This document shows, in pieces, positions 10,027 through 19,089 of a stretch of 64,000 bases of DNA. Source of the stretch: an uncultured Prevotellaceae bacterium (GTDB lineage Bacteria; Bacteroidota; Bacteroidia; Bacteroidales; Bacteroidaceae); assembly GCA_900319385.1 (NCBI GenBank), contig ONOG01000010.1, positions 17,022-81,021 of the forward strand. The letters run 5' to 3'. Each line of letters opens with the position of its first letter. The first letter of the stretch is position 1. The translations under genes were made by a program, and so were the position numbers. The notes under the pieces were generated by a model, which was given only the letters and a program-made list of their open reading frames with translations, ran no database searches and was not told where the DNA came from.

Positions 10027-10756
10027 GTACGATTTAGGGCCTTGCGTCCGTGCATTCACGACCACCCATGCCGTCGATGCACGACGAACCAACCCAATGC
10101 CCCTTGCACGTCTCACAGGACTATCACCCGAGCTAATCATCATTCCCCATCAAGTGCATGACATCCGCTGTCTCCTCGTCGATACACCCTTCATGAAGCT
10201 CCCCCAAGACCACCGTACTCAATGTCTCGAAGGCATCGATGCCGTTATGACCGCACTGCCCAACACCCTCATCTGTATCTCTACCGCCGATTGCATACCT
10301 ATTATAATATACGATAAACGCCATCATGCCGTTGCAGCCATCCATGCAGGATGGAAGGGCACCGTCCGACGCATTGCCGAACACGCCTTCGCTCAGATGC
10401 AGGAAAACTTTGGCACACAAGGAGCTGACTCTCACGCCATCATTGGCCCTGGCATCTCGCTCGAGAGTTTTGAAGTGGGAGACGAAGTGTACGAACGCTT
10501 CAGCGATGCCACCTTCGATATGGAAAGCCTTGCAAGACGCTTCCCTACTCGAGATGCAGACACACCCTCAAACACAAAGTGGCACATAGATCTCAAGCTC
10601 TGCAACCGGCAACAACTCGAACACATCGGCATCCCTGCCCGCCACATCTACGTGTCAGACATCTGTACGATGACTCATCCCGACTTCTATTCCGCTCGGC
10701 GTGAAGGCATCGGAACAGGACGTAATATGACATGCATACAATTAAAACTCTCATAA
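10013..10756 (+). CDS. pgeF: YfiH/PgeF-family laccase-domain protein (peptidoglycan editing factor / purine nucleoside phosphorylase family)
   Basis: Conserved [13 protein letters not shown] and HAGWKG motifs. The start at ATG 10013 (MKTLEYD) overlaps the obg tail. The N-terminal 60 aa of the track ORF lie in the obg region. Confidence 0.8.
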   Translation: MKTLEYDLGPCVRAFTTTHAVDARRTNPMPLARLTGLSPELIIIPHQVHDIRCLLVDTPFMKLPQDHRTQCLEGIDAVMTALPNTLICISTADCIPIIIYDKRHHAVAAIHAGWKGTVRRIAEHAFAQMQENFGTQGADSHAIIGPGISLESFEVGDEVYERFSDATFDMESLARRFPTRDADTPSNTKWHIDLKLCNRQQLEHIGIPARHIYVSDICTMTHPDFYSARREGIGTGRNMTCIQLKLS

Positions 10757-10779
10757 AATAACTTTTAAAGTAAAACATA

Positions 10780-11229
10780 ATGAAATTCACCATCCACACG
10801 CTCTTGCGTTGTACAATGTACCTCGTACTTTGTACCTTGTTTCTCTCTTCATGCGACAACGACGATTTCGCTACCGGTGCAGAGCCTCCCGTCCTTGATC
10901 AATTGACCCTTGCCCCCAGTACCGTGGCACCAGGTGAAGAAGTCACTGCCACCGTCACCTACAAGTACACGGGAAAAGACGTCATCAAGATGGATTACAG
11001 CGTACGAGCTATCAACGCTACTATCGACTATAACAAGGAACTGGCAACCGGTTCCCTCATCGGCGAACACCTTGCCAACCCCACCTTCACCTTTAAGGCA
11101 CCCGATTCCCCTGCCGGTTATCGCATTGTCTTCAATGTCACCCGCGTTTCTGTTTCTACAGGTAATGCTCAGGGTGGACCCTACGTAGCCAATCCCTCCA
11201 GCGTCTTCGCCATCCTCACTGTAAAATAA
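10780..11229 (+). CDS. small lipoprotein, Ig-like beta-sandwich, unknown function
   Basis: Lipobox LFLSSC. 149 aa rich in T/V beta-strand patterns. Directly upstream of the GH51 gene. Confidence 0.55.
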   Translation: MKFTIHTLLRCTMYLVLCTLFLSSCDNDDFATGAEPPVLDQLTLAPSTVAPGEEVTATVTYKYTGKDVIKMDYSVRAINATIDYNKELATGSLIGEHLANPTFTFKAPDSPAGYRIVFNVTRVSVSTGNAQGGPYVANPSSVFAILTVK

Positions 11230-11250
11230 CATCCTTCAGTACCCATGACT

Positions 11251-11280
11251 TCCCCATAGTGAGGGGACCTTTTATTTACA
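11251..11280 (+). terminator. hairpin plus T-tract after the small lipoprotein gene
   Basis: tcccc-atagtga-gggga followed by ccttttattt. Confidence 0.45.
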
Positions 11281-11300
11281 ATTTTTATTTTTAATTTATA

Positions 11301-13895
11301 ATGAAACACTTTCTCACGACATTCGGTGCACTATGCCTAACAGTGGCTTTACATGCTTCGCAACCCAATCGCACCGATTCTGTCTATCTGTTCACCTATC
11401 AGACAGCCCCTGCACAAGGAGGACTCCGTGTCGCCTACAGCTACGACCGTCAACGTTGGACACCACTCACCCCTGAGCGCAACCTCGTCACCAGTGACTA
11501 CGGAACCTGGGGGGCAGAAAAAAGGATGTACCACCCCTCCGTTCTCTACACCAACGGACGGTTCTATGCAGTATGGCAACTCAACGAGCGTGCCAACCAA
11601 TTTGCTACCACATACACCCCCGACCTCTGGCTCTGGAAACCGCAAGACTATCCCTACATGACTACCAGCGACAATGTTGCTAAGCCCCAACTCAACAAGC
11701 AAGGCCAACATTTTGTCGTTACCTACACCACCCCCGCAGGGAATTACTACCGTACTCAAAGCACCGACTTCCGCCAGTGGAGCCCCGCACAAGCCATTAC
11801 CGAACAGCAGTACAATGCAACACGGCGTAGTGTCACCCTCAACATTCAAGGACACACCGTCACGGGCACCATCAATCGCGTCCCCACCGACATTCTCACT
11901 CAGCTCAACCTTCGTGTGGCAGATGCGGCACAGCGTGACCAGAAGTATGGCGAATCTATGCGCGACGATGCCACCCGTTTCCAGGGAATCCAGCACCTCG
12001 AAGCAACGCTCGACATTCATCCAAATCTCTCCAAACCCATCTCCCCCAATCTCATCGGAATTTTCTTCGAGGATATTAACTACAGTGCCGATGGCGGACT
12101 TTATGCCGAACTCATCCAAAACCGCGACTTCGAGTACAACAACCTCGACCGTCCCGAGTGGAATGCTACCAGCTTTTGGGAATTGAAAGGTGAAGGCACT
12201 ACTCTTGACATCGCCACCGACCAACCCATACATGCCAACAACTCTCATTACGCTGTCCTCCGCACTGGGCACGCCCTCGGAGCCACACTCCGTAACACAG
12301 GCTTCGATGGCATAGTCCTTCGTCAAGCGGAGCGTTACGACCTCTCACTCTTCCTCCGAAGCCTTGACGGTAGCTCTCAGAAAGTGAGAGTTTCCCTCAT
12401 GGATGGTGACAAAGTGCTCGCCACCACAACCCTTACCGCTTCAGCAGATTGGCGTCAACTCGGCGCCATGCTCCGACCCACCTCCGACGCCACCACTGCC
12501 CAACTCTCCATCCAACCCCTCACCACCGGAACACTCGCCATCGACTTCGTCAGCCTTTTCCCCCGCAAGACCTTCAAGAACCGTCCCAACGGCCTTCGCC
12601 CAGACCTTGCTCAGCTGCTGGCCGACCTTCATCCACGATTTGTCCGCTTCCCGGGTGGATGCGTGAGCCACGGCAACGGCATTGACAACATGTACCGCTG
12701 GCGAGAAACTATCGGACCTCTGTGGGAACGCAAGCCACAGAGCAACATTTGGGGCTACCACCAGTCGCGCGGCCTTGGATTTTACGAATACTTCCAGTTC
12801 TGCGAAGACATCGGAGCCGAGCCCCTGCCCGTCCTGCCTGCCGGAGTACCTTGCCAAAATTCCTCCAGAGGTGGAGCTGGACAGCAAGGAGGACTTCCTA
12901 TGCAAGAGATGGAAGCATACACCCAAGAACTTCTCGACCTTATCGAGTGGGCAAACGGTGACCCCAAAACTTCAGCCCTTGCCCGTATGCGTGCTGAGGC
13001 AGGTCATCCCCGCCCCTTCAACCTCAAGTATCTTGGCGTTGGTAACGAAGACCTCATCAGCGACGTTTTCACAGAGCGTTTTAACTACATCAACCGCCGC
13101 ATCAAAGCCGCACATCCCGAGATACAGGTTGTAGGCACCGTCGGTCCCTTCTTCGAGGGCTCTGACTATGAATATGGCTGGCAGCTTGCACGTCAGGAAC
13201 ACATTGACATCGTTGACGAGCACTACTACGTCAATCCTGGATGGTATATACACAACCAGAACTTTTATGACCGCTACGACCGCGACGGAACCAAAGTATA
13301 TCTCGGCGAATGGGCTTCGCGCGGCAATCGTCTTGAGAACGCCCTCGCCGAAGCACTCCACGTCACAAACCTGGAGCGCAATGCCGATGTGGTTGTCATG
13401 TCCTCCTACGCACCCCTGCTCGCTCGTCATGGGCACACCCAGTGGAACCCCGATCTCATCTATTTCAACGGCACTGATGCATTCCCCACTGTTAACTACT
13501 ATGTCCAGCAGCTTTGCGGTCAGAATGCAGGTACCCGCTACCTTCCCGCAGACCTCGCTGTTCAGTCGGTACACGACGTCCAAGGACGTGAAGAACGTAA
13601 ACCTGCCAGTGCAGATGCCGCACTCCGTATCGGTAGTTCTGTCGTACGTGATGAAAAAACTGGCGACCTCATCCTCAAGCTCGTCAACCTGACATCGCTC
13701 CGTGCTGACCTCAGCATCCGTCCTGGATCGCTTCAGGGTTATGCCAACAAAGCTCAGGTCAGCCAGCTCGGCGGACAACCAGCCGATCGCGACCTTCGAC
13801 CCGTTGAAAGCACCATCGAAGTATCCGAGAATTTCGCATACTCACTGCCCCCCTACACATTCAGCGTCATCCGCATCCCCTCTGCACGACGCTGA
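11301..13895 (+). CDS. alpha-L-arabinofuranosidase, GH51-type, with extra N-terminal domain
   Basis: FRFPGGCVSHGN, YLGVGNEDL (acid/base Glu context) and VYLGEWAS (nucleophile context) are typical of GH51. Signal peptide present. About 230 aa of N-terminal extension. Confidence 0.8.
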   Translation: MKHFLTTFGALCLTVALHASQPNRTDSVYLFTYQTAPAQGGLRVAYSYDRQRWTPLTPERNLVTSDYGTWGAEKRMYHPSVLYTNGRFYAVWQLNERANQFATTYTPDLWLWKPQDYPYMTTSDNVAKPQLNKQGQHFVVTYTTPAGNYYRTQSTDFRQWSPAQAITEQQYNATRRSVTLNIQGHTVTGTINRVPTDILTQLNLRVADAAQRDQKYGESMRDDATRFQGIQHLEATLDIHPNLSKPISPNLIGIFFEDINYSADGGLYAELIQNRDFEYNNLDRPEWNATSFWELKGEGTTLDIATDQPIHANNSHYAVLRTGHALGATLRNTGFDGIVLRQAERYDLSLFLRSLDGSSQKVRVSLMDGDKVLATTTLTASADWRQLGAMLRPTSDATTAQLSIQPLTTGTLAIDFVSLFPRKTFKNRPNGLRPDLAQLLADLHPRFVRFPGGCVSHGNGIDNMYRWRETIGPLWERKPQSNIWGYHQSRGLGFYEYFQFCEDIGAEPLPVLPAGVPCQNSSRGGAGQQGGLPMQEMEAYTQELLDLIEWANGDPKTSALARMRAEAGHPRPFNLKYLGVGNEDLISDVFTERFNYINRRIKAAHPEIQVVGTVGPFFEGSDYEYGWQLARQEHIDIVDEHYYVNPGWYIHNQNFYDRYDRDGTKVYLGEWASRGNRLENALAEALHVTNLERNADVVVMSSYAPLLARHGHTQWNPDLIYFNGTDAFPTVNYYVQQLCGQNAGTRYLPADLAVQSVHDVQGREERKPASADAALRIGSSVVRDEKTGDLILKLVNLTSLRADLSIRPGSLQGYANKAQVSQLGGQPADRDLRPVESTIEVSENFAYSLPPYTFSVIRIPSARR

Positions 13896-13925
13896 AACTT
13901 TGACACAGCTAAAGCAAAGATTGTT

Positions 13926-13956
13926 TTCGGCCAGTCAAGACATTTGACTGGCCGAA
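13926..13956. terminator. 13-bp-stem hairpin between convergent GH51 and tRNA-Ser (bidirectional terminator)
   Basis: ttcggccagtcaa-gacat-ttgactggccgaa, flanked by T-rich sequence on both strands. Confidence 0.65.
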
Positions 13957-14058
13957 ATTGTTTGATTACAAAATTAGAAATAGGATAAAGGAAGCTGTTG
14001 AATATCGTAAAAAAAAGACAACCCACTGTCTGAACAGTAGGTTGCCTTACAACGTTTG

Positions 14059-14145
14059 CGGAAGGAGGGGGATTCGAACCCCCGGTACGGTAACCCGTAC
14101 GGCAGTTTAGCAAACTGCTGGTTTCAGCCACTCACCCATCCTTCC
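14059..14145 (-). tRNA. tRNA-Ser (anticodon GCU)
   Basis: The reverse complement is GGAAGGATGGGTGAGTGGCTGAAACCAGCAGTTTGCTAAACTGCCGTACGGGTTACCGTACCGGGGGTTCGAATCCCCCTCCTTCCG. It has a 7-bp acceptor stem, a 3-bp D stem, an anticodon loop TTGCTAA, a long variable-arm hairpin, a GGGGG/CCCCC T stem with TTCGAAT loop, and no encoded CCA. Confidence 0.92.
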
Positions 14146-14184
14146 GGAGCCCTTGGCTGAAGTGCTTTCTTGCGAAAAGCGATG

Positions 14185-14192
14185 CAAAGGTA
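14185..14192 (-). promoter_or_regulatory. candidate -7 box (TACCTTTG) for tRNA-Ser
   Basis: TAnnTTTG match on the minus strand, 40 bp upstream of the mature tRNA 5' end. Confidence 0.4.
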
Positions 14193-14204
14193 CGATAAAA
14201 AATT

Positions 14205-14230
14205 AAAAGTGAAAAGTGAAAAGTGAAAAA
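14205..14230. repeat. (AAAAGTG)3 heptamer word repeat
   Basis: aaaagtgaaaagtgaaaagtgaaaaa, between the stop of the M15-like gene and the tRNA promoter. Confidence 0.85.
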
Positions 14231-14270
14231 TTTTGCAGAAATTTGGAAATAAATTAAAAAAACAGGGTTT

Positions 14271-15122
14271 TCAGCGTACGGTGAGGTGGAAACAAGCCTG
14301 TTTGTGCTCATATTTCACGTAGCAGCGTCCCTGGCGGCGGAGGTCGAAAAGGACTTGTGCCAGTACGTATTTGAGTTCATCATCGTATCGGGTGACGTTG
14401 TGACGTGTGCCGGAGGATAGGGGTTGGAAGCGATGGTAGGTGATGTCGATGGTGGTGCCATAGCTGTGGCAGGAGTTGGTGGTGGCGTTTTTGTTGCCTT
14501 GTTGCAGACGTGCGACATCGTCAACAGTGCGCAGGACGGAGGAAACAATAGGACGGTGGAGAGGCAGTCCTTTCCGATGGAGAGAGTCGAGAAAGTTAAT
14601 GGCAATTGTATTGAGCAGTTGCTGTGCTTTAGGTACGAGATAGGGCATGGAATGATTGAGGGGATCTACAGCGTAGAGGGATGAGTGGCGAATGTCGATC
14701 AATTGACGTCGATTGAGCATCGCTTGCAGTTGGTCTCGAGATTCTGCAGGGGTGATTCCGTTGAGCAGTGCAGCTGAGAGTTGAGTGGCTTGTGAGTCGG
14801 AAAAGCACTCAGAATAACTCCAGATATAGGTGCCGCGTCGGGTGCCGACGGAGGTTTGTATGGGTACCTCCATAACAGTGTCAACTGCTGCTTCAATAAT
14901 GTCATCAACTTCCTCTGCATCCGATGCGTCTTCATCTGTTTGCACATCTTCATAAACGGATGCGGATTGTGGAATCTGCTGCTGGGGAGCAACGACTGCA
15001 GCCGTGGCTGTAGCTGGCAGACGAAAGTGGAAGAGTGCCTGCAGACCTGCAAGCAAGGCTACGACTAGTGCGAAAGCTATATAAAAGGGATGTTGTTTAC
15101 GACGTTTTCGCTGTTGTTTCAT
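14271..15122 (-). CDS. membrane-anchored M15-like (VanY / LD-peptidase fold) zinc peptidase homolog
   Basis: SCHSYGTTID matches the SxHxxGxAxD zinc motif of peptidase M15, and a C-terminal CFH supplies the second His. Start chosen at ATG 15122 (MKQQRKRRKQHPFYIAFALVVALLAGL, N-terminal TM). The longer track ORF (to 15266) overlaps the ATPase gene. Confidence 0.6.
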   Translation of the reverse strand: MKQQRKRRKQHPFYIAFALVVALLAGLQALFHFRLPATATAAVVAPQQQIPQSASVYEDVQTDEDASDAEEVDDIIEAAVDTVMEVPIQTSVGTRRGTYIWSYSECFSDSQATQLSAALLNGITPAESRDQLQAMLNRRQLIDIRHSSLYAVDPLNHSMPYLVPKAQQLLNTIAINFLDSLHRKGLPLHRPIVSSVLRTVDDVARLQQGNKNATTNSCHSYGTTIDITYHRFQPLSSGTRHNVTRYDDELKYVLAQVLFDLRRQGRCYVKYEHKQACFHLTVR

Positions 15123-17625
15123 AAGGAACGAGGTTGTGGTTTCTGAAAAGGGTATGATTGAGTCCGAAGAGCAGAATGTTGATGATGAATGTTGCGGCGA
15201 TGATGACGACCCAGGTTGTGAAGTCCAAGGGCTCAACCCCGAACATTTCGCCTCCGAACGTGACAATCAGTATCTGTCCGATGAGTATCATGCCGGCGAC
15301 CATCGTGAATCCCCATCCGAAGGAGACTTGGAAGGGAGATGATGAGACGTTGAGCAATCGTACATTGAAGAGGTTCCAGAACTGAAGCATGACGAAGAAG
15401 GTGAAGAAGAAGGTGAGCTCGAAGCCATGCAGTCGTGCATTGTGATGCTCTTCATTGATTCGGGTGTGGAAATCGTTCAACTCATCAAAGTCATGGGTCT
15501 TGAAACAGAAGAGCAGACCACCCAGAACGAGGATGAACACAAGGCTACTGAGCATCAAACTGCCGATCATGCGGCGATTGATGATGAAAGCTGTGCGTCG
15601 GCGTGGACGTTCCTTCAGTACGTCGGGTGTGGGCGGCAGCGAGGCGAGAGCCATGGCGGCAAAGGTATCCATGATGAGGTTGACCCACAGCATCTGAGTC
15701 ACATTGAGCGGGTTTTCGGCACCCATGAATGCTCCGATGAGCACAACGACGCAGGCTACGACATTGACGGTGAGTTGGAAGAGGATGAATCGCTGGATAT
15801 TCTTGTAGAGCGAACGTCCCCACATGACGGCACGCACGATGCTGGCAAACGAGTTGTCGAGGATGGTGATGTCGCTGGCTTCTTTGGCTACAGCGGTTCC
15901 GTCGCCCATCGACAATCCTACGTGTGCCGCTTTCAGTGCTGGCGCATCATTGGTGCCGTCACCCGTCACAGCTACTACCCTGCCCTGCTCGTCTCGCAGT
16001 TGTTCTACGATTTGTTTCTTGTCCATCGGCCGTGCCCTGGCTACGATTTTGTCGGGTTCGATGCCCAGGTGCCGCCCAATTTCCTGTGCGGTGGCAGGGC
16101 TGTCACCTGTAATGATGCGTATGTCGATGCCGGCATCATGACACTGCCGTATGGCTTCGGGCACTTCCGGACGTATAGGGTCGCTGATGGCTGCGAAGGC
16201 TTGCAATTGATGGTCCATTGCCAGGGCAAGGGTACGCATGCCTCGCTGCTGATGCTCGGTGACCCATTCCATTGGGATGTCGCCTCCACAGAGTTGTGCC
16301 ACCACTTCGGGAGCACCTTTCATATATAGGTGCGTCTGGCCGTCGAGAGCAGAACGCACCCTTGTGGCCATGTATTTGATTTCGGTCGAGAAAGGTATTT
16401 CCTCCAGCACTTCAACCTTGCGCCGCATCGCTGCGTAGTCGCTCCCGTGCTGACGTAGGTAGAGCAGCAGTGCGCCTTCGGTAGGGTTGCCCACCACGTG
16501 GTCGCCATCGAGCGAGGCGGTGGAGTTCACAGCCATATTCTCGAGCACGTATGGCTTCATGTCGATATCCCCTACCAGATGGAGGGCATCTACACGCATC
16601 TGGTTCTGAGTCAGTGTGCCGGTCTTGTCTGTGCAGATAATATCGACGGCACCCATCGTTTCACAGGCATGCAGACGTCGCACTAGATTGTGGGTATGGA
16701 GCATTCGGCGCATGTTGTAGGCAAGGCTTAGAGTCACAGCCATCGGCAATCCTTCGGGCACTGCACACACCACGAGCGTGACGGCAATCATGGTGGCTTT
16801 CAGCAGATAGAGTACAAAGTCAACGGTGTCGAACGCAGCCCATCCATCGTAGGTGATGAGTTTGGCAGCGATGATCATCACGCCCAGCGAGAAACTGATG
16901 GCTGATATCCACTTACCCAGCCGGTCGAGTTGTTCGTTGAGGGGTGTCTTGACGCTGTCGTCCAGCCGCACGGCAGTGAACACTTTGCCATTTTCCGTGG
17001 CATCGCCTACGGCATCAACCTGCATCGTGGCATGACCTTCAAGCACGTTTGTGCCTCGTAACACACGGTTTGAGGGGAAAGTGGCTGATGGATCAGCCTG
17101 TGTCGTGTCGGCACTTTTGCGGCATTGCGGTTCGCCAGTGAGCGATGATTCGTCGATTTGCAGGTTCTTGCTTTCCAGGAGAAAGCCGTCGGCTGGTACT
17201 TCGTCGCCAGTCGATAGAAGTACGATGTCATCGACGACAACCTCGCGACGAGGCACTTCCTGTACCCTTCCCTCGCGAATCACTTTCACCTGCACATCGT
17301 CGTCAACCTGAGTGAGAAGCCTGAATTCGCGTTCGGCACGGTATTCAAACAGGAAGGCCAGTCCTGTAGCCAGCAGCACGGCCACGATGATGCCGAGGGG
17401 TTCGAGAAACACCTCGCTGCCGGCTTTCAAACAATAGTATTCGTAAAAGGAAATGCCCACGGACAGCAGGGCGGCCACCAGCAGAATGCGGATGAGCGGG
17501 TCGGAAAATTTCTGCAGGAATTTCTTCCATACGGCCTCCTGCTCTTTCTCCGTCAGCACATTTTGTCCGAAGCGCAGCCGGCTGGCCTCTACCTGTGCCG
17601 CATTGAGTCCTTGGATATTATTCAC
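15097..17625 (-). CDS. cation (Ca2+-type, P2) transporting P-type ATPase
   Basis: ICTDKTGTLTQN phosphorylation site, VTGDGTNDAPALK hinge, 842 aa. The only possible start is the GTG at 17625, immediately after an in-frame stop and overlapping the stop of the upstream S41 gene (GTGAATAA). Confidence 0.9.
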   Translation of the reverse strand: MNNIQGLNAAQVEASRLRFGQNVLTEKEQEAVWKKFLQKFSDPLIRILLVAALLSVGISFYEYYCLKAGSEVFLEPLGIIVAVLLATGLAFLFEYRAEREFRLLTQVDDDVQVKVIREGRVQEVPRREVVVDDIVLLSTGDEVPADGFLLESKNLQIDESSLTGEPQCRKSADTTQADPSATFPSNRVLRGTNVLEGHATMQVDAVGDATENGKVFTAVRLDDSVKTPLNEQLDRLGKWISAISFSLGVMIIAAKLITYDGWAAFDTVDFVLYLLKATMIAVTLVVCAVPEGLPMAVTLSLAYNMRRMLHTHNLVRRLHACETMGAVDIICTDKTGTLTQNQMRVDALHLVGDIDMKPYVLENMAVNSTASLDGDHVVGNPTEGALLLYLRQHGSDYAAMRRKVEVLEEIPFSTEIKYMATRVRSALDGQTHLYMKGAPEVVAQLCGGDIPMEWVTEHQQRGMRTLALAMDHQLQAFAAISDPIRPEVPEAIRQCHDAGIDIRIITGDSPATAQEIGRHLGIEPDKIVARARPMDKKQIVEQLRDEQGRVVAVTGDGTNDAPALKAAHVGLSMGDGTAVAKEASDITILDNSFASIVRAVMWGRSLYKNIQRFILFQLTVNVVACVVVLIGAFMGAENPLNVTQMLWVNLIMDTFAAMALASLPPTPDVLKERPRRRTAFIINRRMIGSLMLSSLVFILVLGGLLFCFKTHDFDELNDFHTRINEEHHNARLHGFELTFFFTFFVMLQFWNLFNVRLLNVSSSPFQVSFGWGFTMVAGMILIGQILIVTFGGEMFGVEPLDFTTWVVIIAATFIINILLFGLNHTLFRNHNLVPYETTAKTS

Positions 17626-18904
17626 GGGTCAGAATTGCATTGAGCAGCACCTCACGGGTGTCGCCGTAGGGATAGAGAAAAAGGGTTGTCTGCTCATCGA
17701 CATCGATATCGGGAGTGAGTCCCGCCGCATAGTCGTGGTCGCCATCCACGTCGGCGACATAGCAGACAGCAGGATGGAGCGTCACTTGATAGCTGCTGGG
17801 GATGGCTGACGTCATGACCACCTGTCCGTTGGTCGTCTTGCCTACAGTGATGACATAGTCATTTCCCTTCGCCTTGCGGATGCCGCGGATGAGCCATTCG
17901 GCAGCACCGCTCGTGTGCCCTGACGTAATGATGTAGAGCGTCTGGATGTCAAGATGGCGGTCGATGCAATTGTCGTCGAATGTAATCGTAGCATTTCGCG
18001 AGGCATTTGCACTGTTGTAGATCGTTCGGGCAAAGGTGCTGCCTTTCTGGTCAGTTCCCACTAGATAGGAGGCCAGTCGGCGTGCCATGTCAATCGTACC
18101 GTCGTTGCAAAGTCGCAGGTCGAGGACAAAGGCACTGAACGTGCGGGTGGAAAAAGCTGCCATCACGGCATCGAGGGCATCGCGGTAGGCAGTCGAAGCA
18201 GCAGCTTTCTCGGTCGGTCCTTCTGTCAGTCGGTTGCACAGGAGATAGCCCACGGTGCCCGACGACGTCTCATAGCTGTTGTGAACAGGGAATGCCACAT
18301 CCTCGACATATTCCGACGCCTCGATGTCGAGCGTCTTGGACCCCGTCCACACAGGCGCCGTCTCCTCGGCGCTGTAGCCCAGCTGCTCGATGCCCAGCGT
18401 GTGCTTCTTGCCGTTGATCAGTCGTTTGGCCAGCGTACTCGTAAACTTCGAGCCATCGACGCTGCTGATGAAGTCGCCGCGTTGGAGCCCAGCCCGAGCA
18501 GCCGGTGAATCGGCATAGACAGTCATGACGCGGCCATACTGCCGGCTGGTACCACCCGTCGGGTCCACCATCACGACAAAGTCCATGCCGTAGCTGTCGA
18601 GGTGGTTGAAGTAGCCACGTTCGTGATGATCCTCCATGAGCGTGTCGATGCTGCACCACGACCACGTGTCGCTGATGGGGGCCTGGGCGGTGAGTTTGGC
18701 AAAGAAGTCGGTCGGTTTGGCGAAATAGTCCCTCCATTCCAGCTCCTTCATTTGGTCACCCCACAGATATTCCCGCTGCATGACCTCCATCATCCAGTGG
18801 TCGCGAACAGTCAGCTCTTCATATTCATGCGTGCGATCCTCGCCGCAAGCTGTCAGCATCAGGGCAGCAACCGCCCACATCGTCTGTATATATCTTTTCT
18901 TCAA
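17618..18904 (-). CDS. S41-family (C-terminal processing peptidase-like) lipoprotein with PDZ domain
   Basis: Lipobox LMLTAC, PDZ-like GLQRGDFISSVDG, GHTSGAAEW serine context. The start is ambiguous: TTG 18904 (LKKRYIQTMWAVAALMLTAC), ATG 18880, or the track GTG 18940, which lies inside a 9-bp repeat. Confidence 0.7.
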   Translation of the reverse strand: MKKRYIQTMWAVAALMLTACGEDRTHEYEELTVRDHWMMEVMQREYLWGDQMKELEWRDYFAKPTDFFAKLTAQAPISDTWSWCSIDTLMEDHHERGYFNHLDSYGMDFVVMVDPTGGTSRQYGRVMTVYADSPAARAGLQRGDFISSVDGSKFTSTLAKRLINGKKHTLGIEQLGYSAEETAPVWTGSKTLDIEASEYVEDVAFPVHNSYETSSGTVGYLLCNRLTEGPTEKAAASTAYRDALDAVMAAFSTRTFSAFVLDLRLCNDGTIDMARRLASYLVGTDQKGSTFARTIYNSANASRNATITFDDNCIDRHLDIQTLYIITSGHTSGAAEWLIRGIRKAKGNDYVITVGKTTNGQVVMTSAIPSSYQVTLHPAVCYVADVDGDHDYAAGLTPDIDVDEQTTLFLYPYGDTREVLLNAILTRE

Positions 18905-18937
18905 TTGATAATTAATAATTGAAAATTGAAATTTAAC

Positions 18938-18963
18938 CACGAATTACACGAATTACACGAATG
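18938..18963. repeat. (CACGAATTA)x3 nonamer repeat
   Basis: cacgaattacacgaattacacgaatg. Confidence 0.85.
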
Positions 18964-18968
18964 TAACA

Positions 18969-18990
18969 TCCCGACGAAGTCGGCCTACAT
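18969..18990 (+). repeat. 22-mer TCCCGACGAAGTCGGCCTACAT (copy 1 of 2 in the window)
   Basis: 20/22 identical to 37906-37927. Contains the hairpin CCGAC-GAA-GTCGG. Confidence 0.8.
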
Positions 18991-19019
18991 AGAGAGCGAG
19001 TCCAGACCGTCAGGCCTTT

Positions 19020-19089
19020 AATTTTTAATTTTTAATTTTTAATTTTTAATTTTTAATTTTTAATTTTTAATTTTTAATTTTTAATTTTT
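19020..19089. repeat. (AATTTTT)10 perfect heptanucleotide microsatellite
   Basis: AA dinucleotides at 19020, 19027, 19034 ... 19083. Three copies encode the last 7 codons of ORF 19067-19990; seven copies follow its stop. Confidence 0.95.

Noticed and set aside
13853-14131. 92-aa ORF overlapping tRNA-Ser
   Set aside because: It is fully explained by the tRNA gene and the terminator hairpin. The translation has no features.
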